64,000 nt of DNA from Adineta vaga (taxonomy: Eukaryota > Animalia > Rotifera): positions 7,874,001 to 7,938,000 of the forward strand of contig CP075493.1 in the NCBI GenBank assembly GCA_021613535.1, in the 5' to 3' direction. The translations under genes were made by a program, and so were the position numbers. This document shows positions 26,093-37,975 of this stretch, one piece after another. Numbering within the stretch: the first letter of the stretch is position 1; each line of letters begins with the position of its first letter. The notes beneath the pieces were generated by a model, which was not told the origin of the DNA, made no database searches, and saw only the letters and a program-made list of their open reading frames with translations.

Positions 26093-28216
26093 ACAGAAAA
26101 AACATATTGTAATCGATAATCTATTTAGATCGTATTATAAATGAAGATCTTTAAGATCATTCATATCGGAAGAGATTTCCGGACGAAGTTATTTAATCAA
26201 TAAGTGAATATAACACATCGGAAATTCATTTAATGTATTTGAAATACTTAAAAACATTTTTGTTGATTTTAAGACGTCCTAGTTTCAACAAGTAATTTGA
26301 TCAATAGAAAATCTATATGATAGAAAAAACATTAATACTAACTTTATCTTATATTGGGAATCAAATTTCTCAATTCAATACGTTCATCAAACAATGGACC
26401 ATGTAGATAAAATTGCATGTTTAACACAATTTATACATAATTGAAAAATCTCTTTCTTGTCCGATAATATTTCGTTTAGTTTATAAATATTTATTCATTA
26501 TCTATTGACATATCATATGAATAATCAATCGAAAATCTACATGAAATGTACTGAAACATATGTCTAGTGTTAGTGTCTATCACCTAGACACCTGTGTCAC
26601 ATTTTATGTATAGATGAAAAAAAAATGATTCTGTATGTACTTTTTAACTCTGTCTCAATAGACTAATAATAGTCGAAGTGCACGTACATCCAATTGTGGG
26701 TAATAAAAGTTTGTCTTATTCATCTTTGTTGTATTTGCATTTCTTTCACACATTTCTTAGTGCATATACATACATCGATGTATACATATTTGTGTATATA
26801 TACATATATTCATTAGTAACCCTTTCGCTCTCTTGCTCTCTCCCTGGTTTTTTTCTCTCACACAACGGCGACGACTACTAAATAGGTTAGAAGAGCGGTC
26901 TGTCTAGACGTCTGTACACTCTTACTCACAAGGGTTCATGTCCATGTCGACAGCAGTAGTTGTTTCCTGCACACACATTGCTTTTTTTCTCTCTCAATAG
27001 TAGTATTTGATAATTCTCCGTCGACTGACCAAGACAATCATTGCTCGGTCATTCTCTTGCGTATACATTGTCCAGACATCAATGCAAATACATAGAAACG
27101 TCGGTACAAGTGAACGAGAGAAAGAAAAAGAAAAAGTATTGTAGTAGTATTGCGCTTCTATCTCGTTCTTCGTCTCCTTTTTTTTGAGTAATAAAAAAAG
27201 AGAGAGAGAGAGAGAAATACAAAGACAGAGAATAACGCCGACAAGCTGGTCAGTCGTTCGTTATGTAGTTCATGGTGAAGTAGAAAAATGTATGTGAGAA
27301 AGAAAAGGTGGATAGAAGAAATGTATGGAACTTAAATAGAAAAAAGTATGATCCACTACGGCAACCGACAATGACAAATGAACAATTCAAAAAGTATAGT
27401 TAATATTCTTTTTTCTTAATTTTGATGAATATATTATTTTATTTTAAGAATGTTGAAATTCACGACTCAAACCATCAATATGAATGCTGTTCAACTACCA
27501 TCGTATCGTCGGGTCAAAATTAACAATTAGGACAACAGCCGTTCAAATTCATATAACAATCATTAGTTCATATGTACAAAGTTCTCTTCTCATCATCGTT
27601 TATCCATTCTACGTGGGATCTGTTTTTCTTTGATATTACATTTACTCTTGTCTCTTTTCTTTTATTCGTTGTTTCTTATTCGATTTCTCTTCTTACATAG
27701 TTATGTGTGGAACTTGTGTTTTCTTCTTAAAAAAAAGCCCCGACGATGAACAGCGCGAGGTCCACAACAGTGATATATATGTGTACAGAGTTGGCGCTGT
27801 TGTCTTTGTCTGTATGTTTGTGTCATTATTTACTCATCTTCTTTTTCTTCTCTTACTTTTTTTCGTTCTTGTCATTAAAGTAGTATTGGGTAATATAATA
27901 ATCTTCAAATGAAATCATTATTGGATGCATCTCACGTATTACGCGTTTATTTCGTTCAGCAAGTAAATGACACTGATATGAATAACAACAGCGAGCAAAG
28001 ACAACAAAAGAAAATTGTGCTTTTAGAAAAAAAAGAGAGATATTCCATTGCGAACAGTTTATAGATATTTATAAAAAAAAGATGAAGGAAACACATCCAT
28101 TCTCTATGTGTTGTTCGCTTTGAAGATATTTACACACACACTCAGACACGCACATGTAAACACAAACATGTATAAAGAAAAGAAAAATGTGGACATGTAG
28201 ATTGAATAGTTCTTTT

Positions 28217-29821
28217 TTATTGTTGACTACGACCACGGAATCCACCACCACCACCTCCACCACGGCCACCGCCTCGTCCATAAGGTGCGCCACCACCGCG
28301 ACCACCTCCTCCACGTCGCATAGGACCACCACCGGAGGTCGAACCATAGTTTTGACCAAAACCAAATCCTGACGGTTGACCAAAGGCTCCAAAACCTTTA
28401 CAAAATAAATTACATAAAAAATATGAGTCTTTTTTTTTCAACAGAAAATATTGCTTATTTACCGTCATCGTAACCACTTCGACCACCACCACCACCACCC
28501 ATTCCGTAACCATCTCCAGCCATGGGTGCTGATCCACCGAAACCCATCATACCACCATTACCACTCATATCACTACCGTAGCCGCCACCATATGGCGGAG
28601 GTCGATTATTATAATCTCCACCACCACCATATCCACCACCACCGCCACCACCTGATCGATAACCACCATTACCGCCGCCACCGCCACCGTAATTTGGTCC
28701 GCCACCCATAGGGCCCCATCCACCACTACTACCACCGGCGCCACCGCCCATTCTTGATGGGGGTCCACCACGCATACCACCGCCACCGCCGCCACCACCT
28801 CCTGAACCGCCATATTGTGCTTGTGCCATTCGGCCACGGGCTGTTTGATCTTTTGGTAAAGCTTTTTCAACATTAACGGGGTTTCCTTTGACAACATGAT
28901 GCTTTTCAAGCACTATTTTATCTACTGGATCATAGCTAAAATATCGAAAATCTTCATATTTTTATTTTCTTGATCAAATTTTTTATTACTCATCAAATTC
29001 AACAAATCCAAAACCACGAAATTTTCCTTCGTTTGTTTTCATGATAACAGTTTGAACAATATTGCCATACTAAAGGGAGAAAAATAAAATCATGCTTATC
29101 TTTTTCTTTACTAATCTTACCTTCGAAAAGTATTCTTTTAGATCATCTTCATTTAAAGTTCCTTCTCGAATTCCACCAACAAACAATTTTTTAGCACTTA
29201 GTGATGATTCTGGCTTTCCACTTTCTTCTCTAGGTATCGCTCGTTTTGGTTCTATTTCGCGTGAATCAAGTTCATGTGGACGAGCAGCCATTAGTCGATC
29301 AACCATTGACGAAGATAGATAAGTTACAAAACCAAAACCTAATTATAAATGAATAGATATGAAATTTGCTTTTTCGTCTGTCTTACCTCGAGAACGATTA
29401 TCACGATCACGCATTATAATACAATCCTTAATAAAAGATTTTAATAAATACATTATCAATTCCATTATTATGTCTAATAAATTGAACTTACATCTATATC
29501 TCCAAATTTAGAGAAATAATCTCGAAAAGTTTGATCATCCGTTTTATATGACAAACCACCAATGAAAACTTTTCGAAGTGCTTCTGGTTCTAAGTCACTC
29601 TTATTCAATGTTGATTGACCACTTTCATCTTGTGCATTCTTAGTTAATTCTGTTTGTTCTTCTATTGCTGATTCAAATGTTCCGCTATTTAGATTATTTC
29701 CATTTGAATGTAGTAAACCATTTGTTGTTGATGCTTCTGGTTGTTCACTATTTATTGTTGCAGTCGGATTTATTTCATTAGTAGCAACTGCATCAGTTGC
29801 TGTTAATGTGTCCGTTGACAT
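28217..29821 (-). CDS. hnRNP A/B family RNA-binding protein (2 RRMs plus Gly/RGG-rich tail with PY-NLS)
   Basis: RKVFIGGL, RGFGFVTY, KKLFVGGI, RGFGFVEF, VEKAL; GGPMRRGGGGRGGGAPY resembles the M9/PY-NLS. Six exons. Confidence 0.92.
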
Positions 29822-31515
29822 CTTATGAATCAAGAAAATAAGTTACTTTTATTTTATCGATTGATGATCTAAAATGGAATCTCAACTTGTTTTTCTCATC
29901 TGTTTTTCAAGCAAATGTGTACATTTAATATCATTTTATACAAAGACATATAATATATATATATATAGTCATCTCGTTACATAACACGAACAGAAATATT
30001 TTGGTTTTTGAAAATCGAAATACAAACGCGAAGAATAAAACTTGTGTTCTGTCGATCAATATAACCGTATGCATAATGCTAGTGTATGTTTCTCTCACTC
30101 GTTCACAAGATGCATGACAACTACCGATAGACGGGCTCTTCCTATGCCTGCCTCTGTCGTCTAAATCTACAAATAGACAAAATCAGTAAAATACTCTCGT
30201 TTCTCGATACTCTTGATTATATAAATATTTTTACTCATCCCAATGTATTGTCATTGAAATTAAAGTGATTTAAAGAAATGTTCTTTTTTCGACATTTACC
30301 TTGTGACTGATTTATTTTTTTTTACATTGAAATGTTTTGCTAGTAACATCATTTTCTCTAAAATATATAAATAACAGAGTAGATCGAAGCTCATCAACTC
30401 GAATTTTCTTACTGAATAATACAGTCAATATCAATTGATTTCTATTCATATTTGTCACTAATACAATTGTCTGCAATCATTTGGATTTTAAAACTAAAAA
30501 TAAAGCGAAACTTTTTGAACATTCGTTCTATTCTTTCATGCAATTTTTGAAGTGTACGAGAATATCACATGTGATTTAGTTCTCTTTTATTCGAAACAAT
30601 GACACATCTGTATTTATTTGTACTGTAAGTTCTATTATACATCTCCTTAACATAAAATACTTACCATGAGTTTTATCATGACGAAATCTGTTTTGTATAT
30701 CTCTTGGTGAAGACATAAGTACCATAGTTTGTTTGACAATCACTTTCATCCGATTTTAAATTTTTGTTCATCTCGTACGAAAACCACTTCTCTTTGTTTT
30801 TGATAGTTGAATCAATCATTTAGTTACTCTTGTCGTGAATACATCTAGTAAAAACAAACAAAATTATGTAATTAGCCTCGATTTTCGACCAGATAAATAA
30901 AAAATGCTCATACTATTTAATTCTATGTAGAGTCACGATGTCAAGTTGTTCTTCACCACAATATGATTGATTGGTCTGATAGACTAACAAAATGTATCAA
31001 TATACATTTCAACAACGATTACTCAAAACATCTCTATTGTCTACCATCAATATGAAGTGAAGTACATATAAAGGGCAAGGAAGGGAGAAAGAAAAAAAAC
31101 AAAGGATTATTTACTTGCCTTCTGATTGGTCCAAAATCAATACGTTTATTGATAATAAACAGTCGCTTTAAACGACCCTTAGAGACATGAAATTACAAAC
31201 GAATATCACAAAAAACATCTTGTAATAACGTATTTTATCAATTATAATTCGCTCATTTCCTTACCATCTGCATTAGGGCGACCTCTATTGTCATTGAACC
31301 AAACCTACACGTTTTTTGTGCAAAGTTAACAGTTTACCGTTTCATGTAGTATAAATTCAACACTAACATGAAACCACATCTCGTTCAAATATTCCAATAT
31401 CTGTAGAACTTTTCTCTATCCATAAAATTTAACAATAATTCAATAAACAGACGAATGTTAAAGATTATGTAACTTTTATTACAGAACAAATACTAAAACA
31501 CACGAAAACGAAAGA

Positions 31516-32130
31516 TCATTGAGTCCAATCAGGATTATAATTTGGTCCATGAAGTGTTTCCAAAAGTGTTTGTATATATCGAATCGCACCATCGACTGTA
31601 TCCATACGAGACATTTTTTGACGTTTTCGACCTTTTTTGAATGGAAGTGCATTTCGTAAATCTTCATATGCTTGATTAATAATTTCCATGCGATGTCGTT
31701 CACGACGATTTGCTTCTTGTCGTTGAGGACGTGAAAGAACTCGACGTTTCTTCCGAGCTTGATAATTCTGCTCATCTGTCATTGAACCCATATTCGTATC
31801 AAATTCTTCTGTCTCACTATCGTCTAATGATCTTTTCTTAGCTTCATTAACATGTTGAATAACATTATAATTCGGTTCCTAAACAAAAACAAACATAAAA
31901 TATTAAGTAGGAGATATTATGAAGATATTTACCTTGATAAACGACGATGTTACTGGAAAGTGCGGATCAATAAAACTCGTTTCATTATTAGCACTTTCAT
32001 AACCTGATGAAGAATTTAAACTAGTTTGAATCGATGAATTTAACATTCCACCTGTAGGATAATATGGATAGGAATAATAGTTTGAAGGATAAAAAGGAGA
32101 TAGTGGAGAAGACCATCCTGATAAATTCAT
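31516..32130 (-). CDS. Class A tissue-specific bHLH transcription factor (subfamily uncertain)
   Basis: QRQEANRRERHRMEIINQAYEDLRNALP...MSRMDTVDGAIRYIQTL. Intron 31879-31932. TATATAAAA about 40 nt upstream of the ATG. Confidence 0.88.
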
Positions 32131-32667
32131 TTTTACTTGAATGAAACTATTCTATCGTACAATTTCATTTTATATATTCGTTCCACGAGAGAATCGTTCG
32201 ATAAATAATCAATTTCCACTCATGCGAATGAATATTTCGTCATCTACTCATCTAGATAAATGTTCATTAATTAAAAACGATTAGCAACTAATCATTAATC
32301 TACGAGAGAAAGAGAGAGAGAGGGAACGTTACGGATAGACTATTACGACAATGAGCGTAGCAGGCTGATGGTGACAATTTTTAGTTCCACTAACTTCTTT
32401 ATAATAGACGAACAGATGCTTCTTATCCATGACGAACAAATCATATATGAGATTTTTGTTTTAAAAATAATAAATTTTAATTAGTGTAAGTTTCTGCCAA
32501 TATGACAGTTAAAGATATTATTATTATTATTTTATAAAGTAATAACACATTCATAACAGAAAGCAATCTAATCTAACGATTTATCTACATCGAGAAAAAA
32601 AACAACACAATTCAACATGAATTAGATCTACTGTTCAAAATGAAAACTATCATTGAATCGTAGAATT

Positions 32668-32970
32668 CTATACGATCCATACGAGTAGTTGATCAACTGA
32701 CGAATGTTGTTGTTGACGTCGTCGTCGTCGTCGAAGGCTACTACTTGTATTCGGTTGATATTGATAGTATTGTAAAGTAGTTGAATGATGATGATGAGTT
32801 GGTTGTTTTGAAGTTTGTTTTGTCATTTGATTTTCTTTGAGTTTATTTTCATCGGAATTTATGGATTGAAATGCACGTTGTCTACATAATTCACATGCAA
32901 TGAAGGGACGTGTACGTCTTTGTTTAGCAAAGACTGGTGTCGAGCATCGTGGACTTTGTGGTGATTCCAT
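32668..32970 (-). CDS. Short intronless orphan protein (about 100 aa; SPRCSTP, CELC, poly-Arg, C-terminal LLVWIV)
   Basis: Open frame from ATG 32970 with higher GC than the flanks. TATA-like TATATTTA about 50 nt upstream. Confidence 0.55.
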   Translation of the reverse strand: MESPQSPRCSTPVFAKQRRTRPFIACELCRQRAFQSINSDENKLKENQMTKQTSKQPTHHHHSTTLQYYQYQPNTSSSLRRRRRRQQQHSSVDQLLVWIV

Positions 32971-33747
32971 TGCTGATGATACTGCAGATGATGAAGTGGA
33001 CAATGTCGTTGACTGAGCTAAATATAATAGAGTTGAGATGAAAAATCAATTGACAATGAAAAAAAAATGTCGGCATTGGTCTCATTTGATATTCGACTAA
33101 ATACCCAAGTCAACAAGTGTTTGAAGAGCATTCTTGTCTTCGACACATGTTTTCGTTTGTCTTTTGAACAAGAGAGAGAGAGAGAGATGCTATACCCGAG
33201 GAGGGAAAAGAAATTGAATTTTTTCATGTTCAACCCTCAAAAGTTAAATTTCATGTTCAAGTAGGGTAAATGAGAGAAGGGCGGATTAGTCTTATACAAG
33301 TTCAAAGAGATGAAAACAATCCGACAACTAAATACTTATACAATCGATCGTATCCTTCTTGATCATAACTAAATATTTAAGAAAAAGAAAATGAAGAAGA
33401 AATTTCAATCAAACAGTTTTGTGTGAAATAACTTTTTCATTGACAATAGATTTGAAATGCTTCTCGCAGCTTTTATTTATAAAATGACAATTGTTGTTTA
33501 TTGATCACAGGCTTTACTTGATACGAGAAAGAAAGAAAGAAAGAAAGAGAGAATGAAACGTGAAGTGATGCTGTTCTTTTTAGCGCTTACACACTCTCAA
33601 TATAGGACATCCTGTCGGTCTTTTTAATTCTATTGATTTTCATTTAACATAAAACTGTGACTTTTCGTCTTGATAGTCAACTCATCTCCAAGTTAATGTA
33701 TTCAAACGAATGGATGATTGACAATCAAAAACGAATGCCTTTCATAA

Positions 33748-33957
33748 TCAATTAAATATACAATGAAAATTAGCATATCTACCTGCTACTGATGTTTTTG
33801 TTCGTGGTTGTAGCGATGTTTTTGGCGTTGAAGAACGAAACAACATACCAACTGGACATCGAGATGGTTTTGTTGATATTGGTTGAAAGGAAAGATTTTT
33901 CCGTTTTTTCGTCTTTGCTGGAGAAGATGAATAGAGAATTGATGCAAGTGAATTCAT
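33748..33957 (-). CDS. Short intronless basic orphan protein (about 69 aa; KTKKRK, RSSTP, C-terminal FHCIFN)
   Basis: ATG 33957 with TATATAAA about 50 nt upstream; same orientation as its neighbours. Confidence 0.45.
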   Translation of the reverse strand: MNSLASILYSSSPAKTKKRKNLSFQPISTKPSRCPVGMLFRSSTPKTSLQPRTKTSVAGRYANFHCIFN

Positions 33958-36900
33958 TAATTCGTTTCTATGATTATCTAAAAGGAAAACGTCAGAAGAG
34001 AATAGTTTATATAGCATGAAGAAAAAAATCATCTTCAATTGACTAGAACATCAATTCGATTATTCATCATAAAAAATGAATGTACGTATCACATCGAAAG
34101 AAGATTAATCGGGCGGCACCCGATATAATTATCCTAGCAGAAACGTTTTTTTTTCTTTCCATATGACGACGTAATCAAAGTAAAAAATGTTCTACTGTCA
34201 TTATCGATGAGGCATCACATCGAATTGACGATTTATTATCAGGTGGTAATATCGTCTATGTTCTTTTCTTCTTTCCCTCTCTCTCCTCTCCTTTTCTTTC
34301 TTTCTTTCTTTCTCTCTAAAGAGAAACGCAATCGCAAGTGTTAATAACTTTTGCTGTTACGGACCTATTTGAAGTTACGTAGTGCTCGTGCATCACTCAT
34401 TCTAGCTTATCCACACCTATCGTATTCGAAATAAATAGGTGAGCAAGCCGCATCAATTGATTGACAAAAGTCAGAATAATAAAAACATCTACCTAGACAT
34501 CTTAAGATAAAAACAACGAACTCTTACAAGCGACTATTGTCATATAAATTAAGTCCGACAAATAAAGGAAGAAGGTGCTGAAGAATTAACACATCTATCT
34601 ATATACAGCTTTTCAAATAGTTCAAAAAAGAATAACATTCATTAGAGTTTAGTGAGAAAATATATAGCATATAAAAGTAGAATCAAAACAATGAAAACAT
34701 ATTAAGAAGACAATGATGGACAGTGTTTAGTTAAGATTCTATCCTCGAAATCAAAGCATGTTGAATAATTAACAATGCTCAAAATTAAACGGAAAGATGA
34801 GAGATTTATCCGAGTCTTGGATAAACCATAAACATTGTTATGTTAACTATGATTGTAGGATAAAAACAAGAAGTGATGAAATCAATTTCTCTCGTCATGG
34901 ACTTACCTATTTCTGTGACTGATTAGTATCGTTGACTGTCAAAACGAAGCGCGTCGATGTGGAAATAAATTGAATTAGAAGTTGACTGACTAACGATATC
35001 AGAGAGGTATAAGAGGAGGAGAAGAAAAAGAGCAAAAGTGATTCATTGGATATCATTTGTTCTCTTTTCTCCTTCACTCATTGGATAGAATATCTGTCAA
35101 AGGTGGCAATTGTCAAATCGATAGACTATGCGCAAAAGATATCAACACCTTTCTAATATCCGTTATACTCAAGTTTTGTCTTTTCTCGACAATATGCAAG
35201 AACGAATATTGAATTGATGATTTTTCTCACTAAAAAACTGACAAATTCGTTGTTATTAACATCTATTTACGAGAAAGCACGACGAAGAAGAAAAAGTTTG
35301 AAATGATTAATACATATATTCGTCAATCAATCGGCCGTAACGTTCAACTGCCATTGATTTTTATTTCAACTTGAACAAAATGGCTGAAATTAGTGAACCA
35401 GATGAGAATATATAGAGATATTCTGGACACCATTAAAAAAAGCTGTTGCTACAAAATATCTCAAATGGATACAATATCGTTCTTATTGAGTGGAATCTCC
35501 TGTGGTCTTTTAAAAAAATACACATACAGCGACTCTTTTTTCACTTGTTATTTTTTGTCGGCACAATCATTGTTTGTTTTTCTAAGACTAGTTCAAGAAA
35601 ATTAGCAATTTGTCTTGATTGAAGTCTCTTTCTATTCGATGCGGGAGTGAATACACGTGTGTATTGTATATATATATTTACCTTTGTTTGTCTTCAACAT
35701 ATCCATTGAGAATCATTTTCATCTAACAGATAATTATCAATTTTACTGCTTCTGTCTTCTTCTTTTTTTATTATGAATTGATTTTGATAATTTCAAGAGG
35801 CACTTCTTCTTAACTCATATGTGTGAATTCTTTTGTTGTTTTGATTTTTCTCTATTTATCAAGTTAAACAACGGTTTGTTAATATGACATCAATTTTGGA
35901 CAAAAAATTATCTCAATATATATATATATTGAAACCGGAACGATAATATGACAAATATATTCTCAGCTAGAAGTTTGAAAATGCAACCGATCGATTGTAA
36001 ACGAGAAACAGATGTAGTGAATAAAGGGGAAGAGAAAAAGGCATAGTGTTATACCAATTGAAGGATTCTATTTCATTTCCTGCCCATGGTGAGAGTTGAC
36101 CTTTTTCTTCTCTTTCTTAGAACAGCATTGAAGCGTTCAGTTAAAATCAAGCGAAAAGAAAAATTAAACATCATGCCGAGTTAAATAAGACCTAATTATT
36201 TCTACTAAAGGAGGTCAATATTACTTGGTGGTCATTGCACATTTGTGAATAGTCATCTGGTCAGCGAACAATGTGATATGGAAATTTTTATGTCAAATTT
36301 TCGTTGTGTTACATGCTAGATAGAACTACATAACTCGTAATGCAATGTGAATATATTATCTTATATTTGTCATATCTAACGCATTTTGTGACGAAAAATG
36401 AAATACATGTCGAATGTTTTTATTTATTTATTATGTATTGTTGATGTATACTATCAATATTCGGACAGTAAAGATTTTTTCTATAATCTAAACAAAGAGA
36501 ATATCACATCATTCAAAAATAATTATAGATAAATTATCGGTTAAGAATTATTCTTTTAATTAGTTGATAAAATTCTATGAACAACATCAACCCCTGGAGG
36601 CAATCATCGAATTTTACTAGAATTATAAGTAGAGATTACGAATATGAACAAGAGCAAATATTTAAACATTGATTATGAATCGAATTTTGTGCATGATTGA
36701 ACTTCGTATAATGATGATATTCAATTGAACGGATAACTCTTCTGGAAGTATATTATTCAGTGAACTTCTTGTATTGAGCATAGATTTATGAGGATAAGTT
36801 TTCAAATCTTTAGAATAATACAAGATTTGAAAACTTTGAAGATCATGTAATTGAACAAACGATACTTTCTCAAAATATAATGAGATTTCTAGTCTTTATT

Positions 36901-37975
36901 GTTGTATATTAACAACTAGTGGATAGATGCTAATTAATAATCATAATCTTGAGTCTAGTACTTTATTATCTGTCTAACAACAAAATATCGCTATATATAT
37001 ATATCTTTTCTTCTCATTAAAGTCTTGTCTCGTAATCATTGATTTATAATGATTGCCTTTAGTCTGATGTTTTTCTATCCTGAGAATATCCGAAGCAAAG
37101 AAATATGATAAACATACTCTGTATCAATCAGAATTACATACGTTTGATGTTGATAGAACAAAGATTCTTGTTACATCGACCATATGTGATCTATATCATA
37201 TTCATTTTGATCAACTCAATTGTACAACAGTTACCGAGAGAAATACAATCAAAAAATTAAATTTTTTTTTGTTAATCAGATGTTTACAAAAGAAATCGAA
37301 TTAGAACTTCTCTTTTTCAAGTAGTTGATGAAAAGGTTCTTCTTAATCATCATATTGCAACAGCTAATTTACCTCTTTTGATCTTCCAATACTAACACTG
37401 ATCGTTATCTTGTTCTTTTTCAATTGTATATTTATAAATGCAGACACGTCTTATATTATTGTTGTTTACGTCTAGTCATGAATACATAGCTTTGAGCGTT
37501 ACGTGTTCGTTTATTCAATACTTTAACATCATACGGTTCGTTGATCGTTAAGACTAACTGAACACCATCAATTGTTACTCTTGACCTTTTCCTCTTCGTG
37601 TTTGTGGTTCTTCCAAATTTGTTCTAAGATTAAGTCAGAAGAGAATGTATTTCTTTCATTTTCAGTTACTTATACATCTGTCTCGACATGATGTCTATTC
37701 ATTCTTTTGCATTTTGCGTCTTTTCATCAATAGAAGAAGGACTTAGAAAGTAGTCATGTATAGAATAATCAACACCCACTAAAGTCAATTTGACTATGTT
37801 GCATGATCAATGCACATATACATAAGAATATTTATCTCTTCTATTTCTTTCTTTCACTACTGAGGTCAATGATCTTCTTTCTCCATATAAGATGAACTGA
37901 CAATCATTTCTTTTTCTTGACATCAGGGCGGTAATTTTATTTACATGCAAACTATACTTCTCCTTTTTATTGTAG

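Noticed and set aside
28069-28909. Overlapping alternative-frame and antisense ORFs (His/Val/Thr-rich) at the hnRNP tail
   Set aside because: By-products of GGN repeats in the Gly-rich exons.
34108-34137. GC-rich hairpin atcggg-cggca-cccgat followed by CTAG, resembling a Helitron 3' end
   Set aside because: The base after CTAG is C rather than the expected target T. No 5' end, Rep/helicase remnant or second copy is visible.
34040-37975. Short ORFs in the 4-kb gap (e.g. 35393-35605 and one near 36577)
   Set aside because: No recognisable domain or consistent splice pattern. The gap probably holds regulatory DNA and the unlocated first exon of the kinase gene.
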